From: Haliotis rufescens
Taxonomy: Eukaryota
Reading direction: 5' to 3'
Assembly: GCF_023055435.1 (NCBI RefSeq)
Contig: NW_025963891.1
Location: 21,948,001 to 22,012,000, forward strand
Length of the DNA: 64,000 bases
Of this stretch, positions 28,301-43,300 are shown piece by piece (positions within the stretch are counted from its first letter, which is position 1; each line of letters begins with the position of its first letter). A program made the position numbers and the translations under genes. The notes beneath the pieces are model-generated. The model was given only the letters and a program-made list of their open reading frames with translations, was not told the origin of the DNA and searched no databases.

Positions 28301-31300
28301 ATACGCCTGATGGTAAAAATGAAAGAATTAAGGGTATCTTGTTTAAAATACTATAGGAGCAAACTCAAGGAGCCAATAACCCTGTTAATTTTAAACACCA
28401 CCTAAAAGTATAAGGAAGATAATTTATGGATGTCAACTTCTTTATTATGAGTTGACATCCATAAATTCTCTTCCTTATGTGTATCACTTCTAAATGCCTT
28501 TCAAAGACTATCACAGTATGCTATAAACTTGCGTCATGAACCAAAGGTTCTGGGTTGTTCAAAACATGGATTTCTTGTACAATCACCAACAACTCTGTAA
28601 CTGCCTTCAGAATTATTTCCATGACCAAAATGTATTTACTGTCACTATTTTCAGTTGAGAGCTTTCAGATAAGTAGCTACAGAATCCAAACCAATCCGCA
28701 TGGCACAAAGTGCTTAAACCAAATGAAGCAATTCTAATTCTTTTCACACCACCACACAGCTCATTGTTTGATGTAGTCGAAGAATCCACACCTTGCCCAT
28801 AAGGACAGCCTCCTCAAACTGTGCAGCACCTAGCTTTGTTTAAACTTATTGGCTGGAAATAAAGCAGAGATTTTTGACTGTTTGGTATTGTTGTCTTTCC
28901 ATTGTCAGCACAAGGACAAGCCGAATTCTGGGCCAGCGATGGATCTGTTTACCATTGACCCTCCAAATCTCCCTGTATATCTTTCTTTGTGAGGGTCAGC
29001 TATCCCCAGTGAGTCAACCTGACCCTTCTCATGCTGACCTGTCCTCGCAGGTAGTGAGTGTCCGCCCTAGCAGCATGATTGGCCAGTTGTATTGACCAGT
29101 ACAGTTTTTCCTGTCTGCTTGGTCTCCATGGAGTACTCCAGATTATTCTGTTGTATTTACTTTCAGTGTTTTCCTTGTATACTTGTTCTATTTTGTGAAA
29201 TGAGTGTCAGTGTGTCACTCTGATGTCCCTCCAACGCACATAAAGCACTCAGCTAGGGGCGGTCATGTGTGAAATCAACATCTAGCAGCTGACAGTGCCT
29301 CCTGATACTGACATCATAAAAGCTTTTACATGTTCAAAGGCAACTAATATAGGTCAAGCAGGTCTCAGTAAGAATTAATTTAAGATGGAATTAGCTGTTC
29401 AATTTTCTGTATTGTCAAACATGAGACAAGAATATCTCCTTGGCAACTAAGTTCCCATGCAATCAAAGGTCCATGAATGTTATGCATGTTCACGAAATGA
29501 GAGGATAGGGGTTGCAGGCGAGTCCCATATGGAATCAGTATTATCATGATAAATGTTTGAATGTATCAAAGCAATTGGCTGAAACCTAAAAGATCGTAGA
29601 TGGCATAATGTAGTGGCGAGGGATAAAAATTGTGAAACCATGTGAAACCTATGTGAAACCCTGTTAAATATAGTATGCCTTGCTAATTAGAAATCCATCA
29701 CCTTGAACCGTTTCAGATAATATGACTTGGTTTTAGATGCATCTTTCCCGCTGGTCAGAAAGGTGCACGAGACTTTGATTATACGAACTGGATATCGATC
29801 ACATAAAGTGAACTGGACATTGACAGCATGAACTGAACTTGACATTGATAAGATAAACTGAACTTGACATTGATAGTATGAACTGAACTGGACATTGATC
29901 GGATAAACTGAACTTGACATTGATAGTATGAACTGAACTTGACATTGATAAGATAAACTGAACTGGACATTGATAGTATGAACTGAACTGGACATTGATC
30001 GGATAAACTGAACTTGACATTGATAGTATGAACTGAATTGGACATTGATCGGATAAACTGAACTGGACATTGATAGTATGAACTGAACTTGACATTGATA
30101 GTATGAACTGAACTTGACATTGATAAGATAAACTGAACTGGACATTGATAGTATGAACTGAACTGGACATTGATCGGATAAACTGAACTTGACATTGATA
30201 GTATGAACTGAATTGGACATTGATCGGATAAACTGAACTGGACATTGATAGTATGAACTGAACTTGACATTGATAAGATAAACTGAACTGGACATTGATA
30301 GTATGAACTGAACTGGACATTGATCGGATAAACTGAACTTGACATTGATCAGATAAACTGAACTTGACATTGATAGTATGAACTGAACTGGACATTGATC
30401 GGATAAACTGAACTTGACATTGATAGTATGAACTGAACTTGACATTGATCGGATAAACTGAACTTGACATTGATCAGATAAACTGAACTTGACATTGATA
30501 GTATGAACTGAACTGGACATTGATCGGATAAACTGAACTTGACATTGATAGTATGAACTGAACTTGACATTGATCAGATAAACTGAACTTGACATTGATA
30601 GTATGAACTGAACTGGACATTGATCCGATGAACTGAACTGGACATTGATCAGATGAACTTAACTTGACATTGATCGGATGAAATGAACTGAGCATTGGTC
30701 AAATGAACTGAACACAATATCAGTCAGATGAACTGGACTGAAGTCAAATGATACCTTTATCACATAAGCAAGATTGGACTTTGGTCCAAGGTGCAGAACT
30801 GGACACTTGTCAAACAAGGAACACAGGTTGCTGTTCAGATAAACTGAACTGGACATTGGTCAGATAGGTGGATACAGCAAACACAACTGGGACAAAGTAC
30901 AATTTTCCCATATCCCTATGACAAAGGAAATCATCCTGGTATAGGATCCAATGTCAGGAAGGATGTATGTACTAGGTCGCAGATCGCAATGACCTTTCAC
31001 AGATTGCGTCAGCTTCCCATCAATTATGTGCAGGATGTATGCACCATCATTTCACCTTCATCACTAACCCTACTAACACACTAACTCTCTTGAGGTTAAC
31101 TCGTCCAGGAAGAGAAATTACTTCTGATCACTGACATGAATTCATATAACACAGGATGATATGGCCATGGAGTGTTGATATAAACTTGAATTGAACAGGA
31201 ACAGCATGCATTTTGAAAAAAACCCAAATCAATACAGCATGGGAAAATTGTTGAAAGACAACCTTGATAACAAGTGGATAAATTACCAGAAGTAGAGTTT

Positions 31301-34300
31301 TCATAGTGACATAAGTATAGGCACAAGCATTTCAATCACTATGGCAGCATTAGAAATTGGCACTATTGGCCCAATAGTTAAGGTATGATAAGGACTAGTA
31401 GAAATTGGCCCTTTTTAAGGGTTTTGGTACATGTTATCATTATAAGGACTAGTGTACGAAAACTGTTAGTTTCTACCGCTGCTATGGTAAATTTAAAACT
31501 TGCACTACAAATGAAGAAAACAAGTCTCCAAAACAAAGTATATAATAAGTTCCTTAAATCAAATGTCCTGCAGTATCATATTTGGCAGGTAGTTCCTGTA
31601 GTCCATTAACCTTCTTTCAAATGAACAGTTTTATTACGGTGGATCAATGTATGTATAGTAGTGAGTCACCTACAGGTTACTCAACTATCTGTTACTGTCA
31701 AAGCCTGTCAAAGAGAATATGGCAAACATTTATGTGAAAAACATGTCTCCCTCGTCTAATAAACAACACATAACAACGGGAGCAGCTATTCTGGTATTTC
31801 TGTAATAAACCTTCCCTCTGAATGTTTAGCCCAGTTCTTGTAGTCAACCTGGCGCAGATTCACCCAGAAGGCTAAACACACCATGGCCAAGCAGGCTGAC
31901 CAAACACTTGACCCTTTCATGGCCACTGACCAGTGGTATTGAGTAACAATGGCTAACAAGACAAGCTTGACCACCATATGTGTCCACAAACATGACCACC
32001 AGCCACACATCAACTCTCTGTAAACAGGCTATGTAACTTGTAGGCAAATCCTTTTGATGTTGGATTTTAGGATCAAGGGACTTGCAAGGCGGGAGCGTAT
32101 TAGCAGAGATAATTCTCCTTAAAGGACCTACTTCAAAAGTCACTCTTTTACATAGTTATGTATGAAATGTGCTGTGTTTTGAAACCAAACACTCGGCAAT
32201 GACATTGTCCATATAACCAAGTATTAGGAATCAATCTGGATTAGTAGCTTAGAACAACAAGAACTGTTTCTTTACACACATCTACAAATTGAATTAAGTT
32301 GCAAATAATCTTGTTTATTTCATACATGCAAGAAAGTAACAAGAAAGTAACTAGAGCCTCCAAATTTAAGGCTAATTTAAGGCCATTTCAAGGCCAAAAC
32401 AAACACTGAAGCTTCAAAGGCTTGTTAGGTAATTTTCTCTTTATTTCTTTGTAAGAATAGCTCCATATGTACTTCCAAACACACTTTTAACCGAAGCTTG
32501 CCTTCAAAGGTTTATTAGGACATCTCACTTATTTATTGTTAGAATGGCTCCCTATGTACTTCCAAACACACTATTAAATATTCAAGTACACAATTCTTAA
32601 AATTGCTTGAGCTTTAAGCTAACATCAGAGTTAGCAATGCTCACCGAATTCAGGGCCTTATCAAAGTACATTACAGAATTTTAAGTCAGATTCCAATTTA
32701 AGTCCTTTTCAAGACAAGATGCCAAATACAAGGCCTTTACAAGCATTTGTGAACCACAGAAAGGTGTTTTATCTTTCACCAACGTACCAGCACCATTAGG
32801 GGGGTGACAACATGTAGAGGAGCAAACTCACTCTCCTGCATAACAGTTGAACACCCTATCTACTGAGCTAGCCCACATCTGTCAAGGGGCTATTACTGAC
32901 ATAGACTAACATTTAGTCTCTGAAATCTTATATTACACAATATCCTTCTTGACTCTAAAAATATAAAAAAATTCCCTATGCTGATTAGAGCTAGCTTGAG
33001 CTGGCTAGACTTGCTTTTGTATGCATTTCTAGATTATTATTTTTTTCATAAAATAAATATATTCCACAGTCATGGTGCAGGACTATTACTGACAGTACCG
33101 AGCTTAGTATCGGATGAACAAAATTTAAATCAACTAATATTCAAGCCCAGATTCAACCAGCCCTTTGTGATCCCATGTCCTTTTTTGAAAACCACTCCTT
33201 CGCATGTATTTCACCTTTCAGATAAGACCATCACAAAATGCAAATGCAACAAGCAACACTACAAGTTGTGCAACATAATTTGAAGATCAGTAACCATACC
33301 CCATCTCCATTCAACACCCTAAATACTAGAGCAAATACATCATAATCCCCCAAATCATGTCATTTTACATATCCTAAGCTGTTTCTCAATGTCAATAATT
33401 GAACCATGGGAAGTCTCTCCTCAGCGGAGTAACAGACAACTTAACAATGTGGAGCAGCCTGATTTAAAAAGTTAAACAGCAATTCTCAACTCCTTGAGCG
33501 AAGGAAGAGATTAGTGGTTAGGAAGCTATTACCCAGGAGTAAGGAGCACTTACAGTGGGGATAAGATCACTCCTTCCCTTGCAAGAATAGGGGGCTTCTA
33601 TAACAAACAGGGGAGTTGTACAATAGATTAGGATAGAGTTGCGTCAAGTCCAGCTAACTGTTACAGAAATGTAGGCATTTCCCTTGAGCAGTAGTTATGC
33701 CTCTTCAAAAGGTCAATCACTTACTATCCTATCCCGGATCACAATTTCTGTTTCCTGCTTTCTGTAGCAACATTTTCACCAAACAAGGATGCTGTGCACT
33801 TACTTGATGAAAAAATCTATCAAAGGATTTTTTCATGTCTAAAAGGATTTGATTTTGCAGATTTGGTCTAAAAATATTACACAAATCTATGAATTAAATC
33901 TTAAGTGTTTTTCTTTAAAGCATGTCTCTTTTTTAAATCATTCAGCCAGAATTTGCTCTGACAGTTTGGTAAATTGTAATTCAAACTTTATTTCAACATG
34001 TAACTGAGATGAAAAAGACTCAAGATCAAGATCTTCGAATCATGATCTGTCTCTTACGAAATTCCACCAGCCTTATCATGAAATATAACACTGTTTACAA
34101 GCTTACTTAACTCTGCCATCTTAACATGTCAACATGAAAAGCTTACATAAACATGAAACTACAACATGGTGCATGAAATAGACAACACACATATCTAATC
34201 GGAAGAGATTCATTCCAGCCTGTTCGGAGGAACCACTCATACTTTCAACTGTCATACACGACACCGTTAATCAATTCCAGGAAATCAATACTGCATTCCT

Positions 34301-37300
34301 GGTGTTAAAAAAGATCCTGAAGAAATTCCACCAGTAAAATGATCAAAGTGAATTTAGACAAGGGGTCTAGACAATTTCCATAATGTTGAGTTAACTCTTG
34401 ATCAGGGACAGAATTAATCTTGTAATCGTGACATTGGAGAGCAATCACCGACTTCAGATTAGCTAATCGAAGGACAGATAACTCCAGCATTATCAAAGAA
34501 CAAACCCGTTTATCAACTTTGATATAACCTTTTGTTGACTTTCTCTTTACTGGATTAACGATAGCCTTTAAGAAATCCCTTCGAACTAATTATGACTATA
34601 AGTAACACATGCAATAGGTGATTAGGTGCCCTGATAATGTCCTGAGTAAGCAAGGGACATAGGCTCACTGAAATATGCATGTACTCTGCAACCATTGCCT
34701 TTTCAAAACGTCATGTTAGTTGTCAAATTTGCAATGAATTATTAAATTTGTCTGCCACATTTCAATTGAATAACTCCTTCAGGTATTGTGACATCAGCAA
34801 GGTCAAACTTCTTTCATTTTCTTTCCAAACAATGGGCTTGAGAGACTAAGCCTTGGGCTGCCTCTCATAAAGTTCACCTCCTCAAACATCAAAGCAGCCA
34901 GGAAATACTCTAGCCACAAAAACACAAACAAACATAGAGATTAAATTTGATCAACATCATTTTAGCTATTCTCTTCTTTCTCTTTTCATGTTCTCTTATC
35001 ACTGATACAAAGATATGTCCCATCTCAAAATACAAAACTATTGGGCAGGATTCCATTACATAAAGTCACCATTAGAGGACAGCTAAGGCTCAAATAATAA
35101 ATGCACGTTTCTGGTTTTCCGACAGATCCTAATCAGGAGCCTCCAAGCCTAAACTTTTTTCTTTTTTTTCTCTCGTGGCACCATCACCAGTCCAGTATTG
35201 TCTGTATCTGATGCAACTTGGGTACATTTGTTGGCCTTCACTACAGACAAACAAGTCATAAACTTCATGTGACAGCAGTCTTTTACTGAAATACTGCCAA
35301 ATTATCAGTTTTCAAAGAGACAAAAAAAACAATGTGAAAAAAAAAAACATGCCCTAAAACACAACCCTACTGAATTAGGAAACACATTATTTCTAGAGAG
35401 TGAGTGAGTATGGTTTTTATGCCGCTTTAAGCAATATTGCAGCAATATCACGTTTGGGACACCAGAAATGGGCTTCACACATTGTACCCATGTCTGGAAT
35501 CGAACCCGGGACGAGCGAACGCTTTAACCACTAGGCTACCCGACTGCCTCACATATTATTTCTAAGCGAGTGAATTTATGGATGTCAACTTCTTTATCAT
35601 TAGACTATATGAAGAATACAACATTTCGGAGTAAATGCTTACAGGCGATTATTTCTGTTTGGCCTTACACAAGTTACAAAGATAATGAACCTCAACTAGA
35701 TACCCTACACTTAAGTGCTGCTCTCTAGTTTACACAGATCACAAAACTCATTTAAACCATTCTGTAAAAACAGGTTGCTGAGACACATCACATTATTTGT
35801 TTTAAAAAAACCTTTAATGGTTGCCTGACTCTTGAAACAACTTGAATTTGTAAATTGTCCAAATTGTTAAAAAGTAGCCATCCCCCTATTTGAAGTACAT
35901 GCCACATGCACATCATGCAACTGAGGAATACAGGATTCCTCTTCAGGGATTACAAATATCACTTGGATCTCTACCACATGACAAACTGACAACCAAAATA
36001 TTTTTTCTGTTGGATTTTGTTTTGTTTTCATGTAAGTAATTCTAATATTACAGCCTATCCTAGAACAGCTTCAACTTCATGAAAGGAAACCGAGTAGATG
36101 TGTTTGTGTTCCTCATCACAGGAAGTCCAATGTAGGTGTCATGTAATGTTACAACATGATCCTGACACGAAACCCAAGTGTTACATCCTTGTCACAGCAT
36201 TGGCACTGCCAAGTGTCAGGTGGGCAGTATCAGTTTAACTGTAACCAGATTCTATGTATATGAATGTATCCATCAACACATATGAATTGCAGGTGTAAAT
36301 ATCACCCCTACCAGACAAAATGATATATCTCACACTACAGAATGTTTCCTCCCATAAATCTCACACTGCCTTGAAATGAACATCAGCATGTCAATTTCAC
36401 TACTGTATGCAACTGGTCAAGTTATTGTTCACCAGAAAATACCTCTTTCAAATTGATGAATCTTTAACTGCTTCTGGCTATTTCTAAATGTCAAATGATG
36501 AGCATAAAATAAAAATGTAATCTAACCAAATCATCCATGGGTGAAAACCCCAGCACTGATGAGCATAGTGAAATGACCAAGTTCATTCACAATTTTTTAA
36601 GAAAGGTAACACCTTCTAGTTTGCTTCCTTTCCTGGCAGGAATTTTGCCTTTTCATGGGGCAATTTGGAGCCCCAACTATATGCCCCTGAACACAATACG
36701 GCCATTCTCCGTGCCCTGGATGCAGACACCCGACGTCACTCTAAGTACACCCGAGGAGAACAGGGTGGAAAATTCACTGAATGGATCACTGGCTTAAGTT
36801 ATTGTGGGAAAATATGTGAGATTAGCCGTGCAACAAAGACACAATTGTCCAGCCATCAGAGATTGTTGGTGGAGGATATCATCTTCAGAATTATTGCTTT
36901 TCTGTTCGCCAAAATGCACAAGAACATATTACAGCTACTGTGTGCCACAGTGGAGCCACCATTACAGCCTCTTTATGAAGCCAGGAGATCCACACACACA
37001 CCTATGAATCATGGTTTATTAGAATTGTTTGCCAACATCCCCAAGGCACAAGATCTCAGGCAGATAGAATTTGTCATGATAGTGTTTGATGATTGTACTT
37101 CGTTATTTATGACCATCATAAGACCCACATGGTTTTGTCAACTCCTTAATTCCTAGTCTGTAGGAAATACATTGTTTTTTTGTGAATAAAGCAAACAGCT
37201 TTGGACTGGTTGTGCTTCAGACACAATTTGGAGGGATGCTGAGCAAAAGGCAAAACAAGACACGGAATTGACAATCACTAGGAGAGTGCAGCCAAGCCAA

Positions 37301-40300
37301 TTTTATTGCTAGGTTAAGATAACCCAGTTGGCACTTACATCTGAAATCCCTTTTGGTAAATGAGATGAAAGAAGGCACAGCAAAACCACAGGTGATAAAG
37401 TTAATATTTATGACCTTGTTCCTGATGGACGTCAGCCATGTTCGTAGAATGTCTAAATGATCCCCCTGTTTCTTCTTCTGCTATTGGAGATGGTGTGAAT
37501 TACATCTGGTTAGGTTGGTTTGTTGTTTAACACTGAACTCAGCAATATTCCAGTTATAAGGCAGCGGCTGTAAATAATCGCATCTGTGCCAGACAATCCA
37601 GTGACTGTAATCATGAGCATCGATCCACACAATTAGGATACGATGGCAAGCAATTAACAAGTCCTGATTCATTAGTAACGTCTTATGGCAAGCATTGTTT
37701 GCTGGGACCTATATTCTTACCCAGAATCCCCACGGGTCATCTCTCCAAGGAAATGGGAGATGAAACATACTTGGAAAAGGTGGTAAAATTCTCCTCATCC
37801 TGCAAGGTAACCATTAGACTAACATTTAGTCTCTGAAATCTTATATTACACAATATCCTTCTTGACTCTAAAAATAAAAAAATTCCCTATGCTGATTTCA
37901 GGAATAGAGCTAGCTTGAGCTGGCTAGACTTGCTTTTGTATGCATTTCTAGATTATTATTTTTTCATAAAATAAATATATTCCACGGTCATGGTGCAGGA
38001 CTAGGTAACCATAAGTGTCCCCCTTCTGTCTTGGTGCATTGATTGGATTTATAATCACACTGATTTCACTGATCAAGTGTCTCAGTTGCAGGGAAAGTTC
38101 CATACACTGACTGTCTACTCCTCATGTTCTGTAAGATAGCTGCATTACACACTGGGCGAGTTATGTCATAATGTAATTGGAGATACCGACTCACAGAGTC
38201 GTGACAATGATTTCCACTTAAATCCTGAATCTTCTCTATTCCCTCACCAAAAAACTATATGACAAACCTCAAGTTTTCCAGTGTCTGAAGAGGCCAGAAC
38301 AGAAATTACCCAAGTTAAGATGGGCGTTCAGCACAAGGACACTACAACAAACATTCTGTTATTTAAGGACTCCTTGCTCTTCTTCACCCTAATGTAATGA
38401 AACCCTGTGAAACAAACCTTCACAACACAAGAATATGATGGCATTTCAGTTTGAAAATCAAATAGAAGCTTTGAACTTATTAAAAACATTTCTGTCCTTG
38501 TTGGGAACTCATTCATCTTTAAAGTCCCTCCGGACCATTTTCTGAGGTGTTTCATTATCGATTTGGTTCACAGCAGAAAATCTATAAAAGAGGGACAGAC
38601 TTATAGCATTTTCTAATTGTCTCCCCTCTCCCTTTTCCCCTCTCTCTCGGTCATTAGCTAGGATCTTGGAGGCTGACACTGGGGTCGAAGAGGTGCGAGT
38701 TGATTGCCTTAGTCAACACTAGGGGATAGCATGATGGCATATAAGTTTTAGGTTAATTCAATCTTATTTCATTTAGTGTACTGAAACCCCTTTTTGTCAG
38801 TCTGTAGGTTGTAGCATTGATAAGTTTATCAAGGCCCTGTGAATGCTATAACTATGTTGTCCTGTCAACAACACAGGAACTAATCTATACTTGAAGTGAG
38901 CAAGATACTGAGTTGGGTTTAATGCCACTTTGAAAGTAATTCAGCTATATCACTGTGTATAAGCTTGTCAGCGTGTGTGAGGAAAGCCCAATATAACACA
39001 GGTTTACCACTTTGTGAAACCAACAATAAGAGTTCTGTTCCAAGCAAGATGTATGTACTCCTATCAACAACAAATGTTCTGGTCTAAGCTAGATAGATGT
39101 ACTCCCATCAACAATAAGGGTTCTGATCTAAGCTAGATGTATTTACTCCTATCAACAACAAATGTTCTGGTCTAAGCTAGATAGATGTACTCCCATTAAC
39201 AACAAATGTTCTGGTCTAAGCTAGATAGATGTACTCCCATCAACAACAAATGTTCTGGTCTAAGCTAGATAGATGTACTCCCATCAACAATAAGGGTTCT
39301 GGTCTAAGCTAGATAGATGAACTCCCAACAATAACATGGGTTCTGGTCTAAGCTACATGTATTTACTCCCATCAACAACAAATGTTCTGGTCTAAGCTAG
39401 ATAGATGTACTCCCATTAACAACAAATGTTCTGGTCTAAGCTAGATAGATGTACTCCCATCAACAACAAATGTTCTGGTCTAAGCTAGATAGATGTACTC
39501 CATCAACAACAAATGTTCTGGTCTAAGCTAGATAGATGTACTCCCATCAACAACAAATGTTCTGGTCTATGCTAGATAGATGTACTCCCATCAACAATAA
39601 GGGTTCTGGTCTAAGCTAGATGCATGTACTCCTATCAACAACAAATGTTCTGGTCTAAGCTAAATGTATTTACTCCCATTAACAACAAATGTTCTGGTCT
39701 AAGCTAGATAGATGTACTCCATCAACAACAAATGTTCTGGTCTAAGCTAGATAGATGTACTCCCATTAACAACAAATGTTCTGGTCTAAGCTAGATGTAT
39801 GTACTCCCATTAACAATAAGGGTTCTGATCTAAGCTAGATGTATTTACTCCCATCAACAACAAATGTTCTGGTCTAAGCTAGATAGATGTACTCCCATCA
39901 ACAGTAAGGGTTCTGATCTAAGCTAGATGTATTTACTCCCATCAACAACAAATGTTCTGGTCTTAGCTAGATAGATGTACTCCCATTAACAACAAATGTT
40001 CTGGTCTAAGCTAGATAGATGTACTCCCATCAACAACAAATGTTCTGGTCTAAGCTAGATATATGTACTCCCATCAACAATAAGGGTTCTGATCTAAGCT
40101 AAATGTATTTACTCCCATCAACAACAAATGTTCTGGTCTAAGCTAGATAGATGTACTCCATCAACAACAAATGTTCTGGTCTAAGCTAGATAGATGTACT
40201 CCCATCAACAACAAATGTTCTGGTCTATGCTAGATAGATGTACTCCCATCAACAATAAGGGTTCTGGTCTAAGCTAGATGCATGTACTCCTATCAACAAC

Positions 40301-43300
40301 AAATGTTCTGGTCTAAGCTAGATAGATGTACTCCCATCAACAACAAATGTTCTGTTCTAAGCTAGATGTATGTACTCCCATCAACAACAAATGTTCTGGT
40401 CTAAGCTAGATAGATGTACTCCCATCAACAATAAGGGTTCTGGTCTAAGCTACATGTATGTACTCCCATCAACAATAAGGGTTCTGGTCTAAGCTAGATA
40501 GATGTACCCCCATCAACAACAAGGGTTCTGGTCTAAGCTAGATAGATGAACTTCAAACAATAACATGGGTTCTGGTCTAAGCTAGATGTATGTACTCCCA
40601 TCAACAATAAGGGTTCTTCTCTAAGCTACATGTATGTACTCCCATCAACAATAAGGGTTCTGGTCTAAGCTAGATAGATGTACCCCCATCAACAACAAGG
40701 GTTCTGGTCTAAGCTAGATAGATGTACTCCCATCAACAATAAGGGTTCTGGTCTAAGCTACATGTATGTACTCCCATCAACAATAAGGGTTCTGGTCTAA
40801 GCTACATGTATTTACTCCCATCAACAATAAGGGTTCTGGTCTAAGCTACATGTATTTACTCCCATCAACAATAAGGGTTCTGGTCTAAGCTAGATGTATG
40901 TACTCCCATCAACAATAAGGGTTCTGGTCTAAGCTACATGTATTTACTCCCATCAACAATAAGGGTTCTGGTCTAAGCTACATGTATTTACTCCCATCAA
41001 CAATAAGGGTTCTGGTCTAAGCTAGATGTATGTACTCCCATCAACAACAAGGGTTCTGATGTATGCTGGATTAAACTAATAAAAAACTAATGAAAATAAA
41101 ATTAAGAAGAAGCACCAGTGGGTTGGGAGATTCAAAATCTGAACCTGTGGAAAATTCAGATTTACTTTCAGGGCAATATCATTACAGTAAAGTCTCAGGG
41201 ACTGTAAGACAGATACTAGATGTAAGAATGCATTTCAATAATTAGTGTCTGTTCTATGCAAGAAGTATGAAGTCAAGTTGACAAAGATTGTTCTGGTCTA
41301 TGCTGTGAGTATAAAGTCCCATCAACAATAAGTGTTATGTTCTACACAAGATGTATGCATTCCTTTAAAAGACAAGGGCTCTGGCCAAAGACATATGCTA
41401 TATATTCATGTACACCTTGTTTCACAACATTGGTGGTGAAGCCTCATAATAGCAGAGTTTCCAAGCCATCATGGCATTTGGAAGCAAGTAAAGCTTCCCA
41501 AAATATCTCCGCCATCTAACTCCTTGACAGTAACCAAATCTGTGGCCCATTCTACTTAGGCACATTATGAATAGGTCAAACGAAATGCGACATGAACATC
41601 TCGTCAGTGATACAAGCCGTCAACCTCCTCCTACAGTGACAAGACTTCATCTGATAGTGTCCAGTCAGCATATTACCCTTCCACTGCTATTGATCGTAAC
41701 TGATACCAGCTCCTTGCCTTGACAAGACCTACTGTAGACACCCAACATAATCCATTGTTCCTCTATCACTATCCATCAAATACCTATTTGCTTGGCCAGG
41801 TCACTTATGGTGTATGGTAGCCATCAAAAACAGAGGCTGTTTACTCATCAACCGAACAAAAATAGCATAGCTCTGATTAGGTAGATTTCCTTTTTGTAGC
41901 CTTATCACGAGTATGAATGACATCTGCTTAAGTGAGATCCCCAGAAAGAGAAATCATGTCTGTTTTACATTTCTCAAGCAATTTATTAGTGTCTGCATCA
42001 AGTATTATATTGGTTTATTGTATTATGTATGGTCCTCTGACATTGTACTTTTATCTATTTTCCTCTTAATCTGTCTAAGCTCATCAACCACACCAAATGG
42101 AAAGACTTCATTCAATGTTTTTTAGGGGCAACTGTAAGGAGTAAATGAGTATAGTTCAACATGACATTCAGCAATATTTCTTGCAACATCTTTGAATAGA
42201 TACAAAGAAATGTCATTTTCATAGAAAAGTTTTGACTGTGTAGGACCTATTTGTTTAAAGGAATTTACAAACAATATAGTTCATTTAAAAGTAAAACTCC
42301 TAAGTGGCAAACACTTAAATTTTAACAAACAATTAAATAACTAGTGATTTTAAAGAAATATTGACAGACAGGTAAATAAAAAATGTAGGGACCTTCGTAA
42401 GTCTGCACTTTGAGCAGTACTAGTACTAGGCATTATGCTAACATTGGTCTTCTGCACTGTAGATTCCTCCATCGTCTCTGCACATTTAACACTTCAGAAA
42501 GAGTGAGATGTTTACTGCCACAGTCAGCAATATCCAAGCAATATCACTCCAACCTGTAAACAATTTAGTCTGGACCAGGCAAACCAGTGATTGAAAACAT
42601 CAGCAAACATCTACGACATTGGGTTATGAAACATGCAATGAGCAAAACCACAGATTCTAATCACCTGATCCCATTTAGTTGGTTGGTTGGTTGTTTTACT
42701 CCGCACTCAGCAATATTCCAGCTATATGACGGCGGTCTGTAAATAATCAAGTCTGGACCAGATAATCCAGTGATTGACACCATGAACATCGATCCACGCA
42801 ATTGGGATCAATGACATGCATCAACCAAGTCAGCCAGTCTGACCACCCGATCCTGTTAGTTGCCTTTTACGACAAGCATAGTCACCTTTTACGACAGATC
42901 CCATTTAGTCACCACAGCAATGGGTGCTGCATGGGGACCTACTCTAACCTGGGTCACCTCAGCAATGGGTGCAGCACTGAGACCTACTCTAACCTGGGTC
43001 ACATCAGCCATGGGTGCTGCATGGGGACCTACTCTAACCTGGGTCACCTCAGCAATGGGTGCAGCATTGAGACCTACTCTAACCTGGGTCACCTCAACAA
43101 TGGGCGCAGCATGGGGACCTACTCTAACCTGGGTCACCTCAACAATGGGTGCAGCATTGAGACCTACTCTAACCTGGGTCACCTCAACAATGGGCGCAGC
43201 ATTGAGACCTACTCTAACCTTGGTCACCTCAGCAATGGGTGCAGCACTGAGACCTACTCTAACCTGGGTCACCTCAGCAATGGGCGCAGCATTGAGACCT

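Noticed and set aside
29687-30695. 302/223/188-aa ORFs (MSSSV.. repeats) as a protein gene
   Set aside because: Overlapping frames all give the same periodic peptide from a 25-bp minisatellite; no splice context or domain.
35084-35667. Possible MITE with TAAGGC..GGCCTTA ends enclosing a family A SINE
   Set aside because: Terminal match is short and diverged; boundaries cannot be supported.
36550-36595. Hammerhead-like CTGATGA..GAAA (also near 58-90 and 23757-23790)
   Set aside because: Stem I cannot form or the NUH cleavage triplet is wrong, and stem II is minimal. Such matches are expected by chance in 64 kb.
39020-41065. CRISPR-like regular array
   Set aside because: Head-to-tail tandem units without unique spacers, no cas genes, eukaryotic intron.
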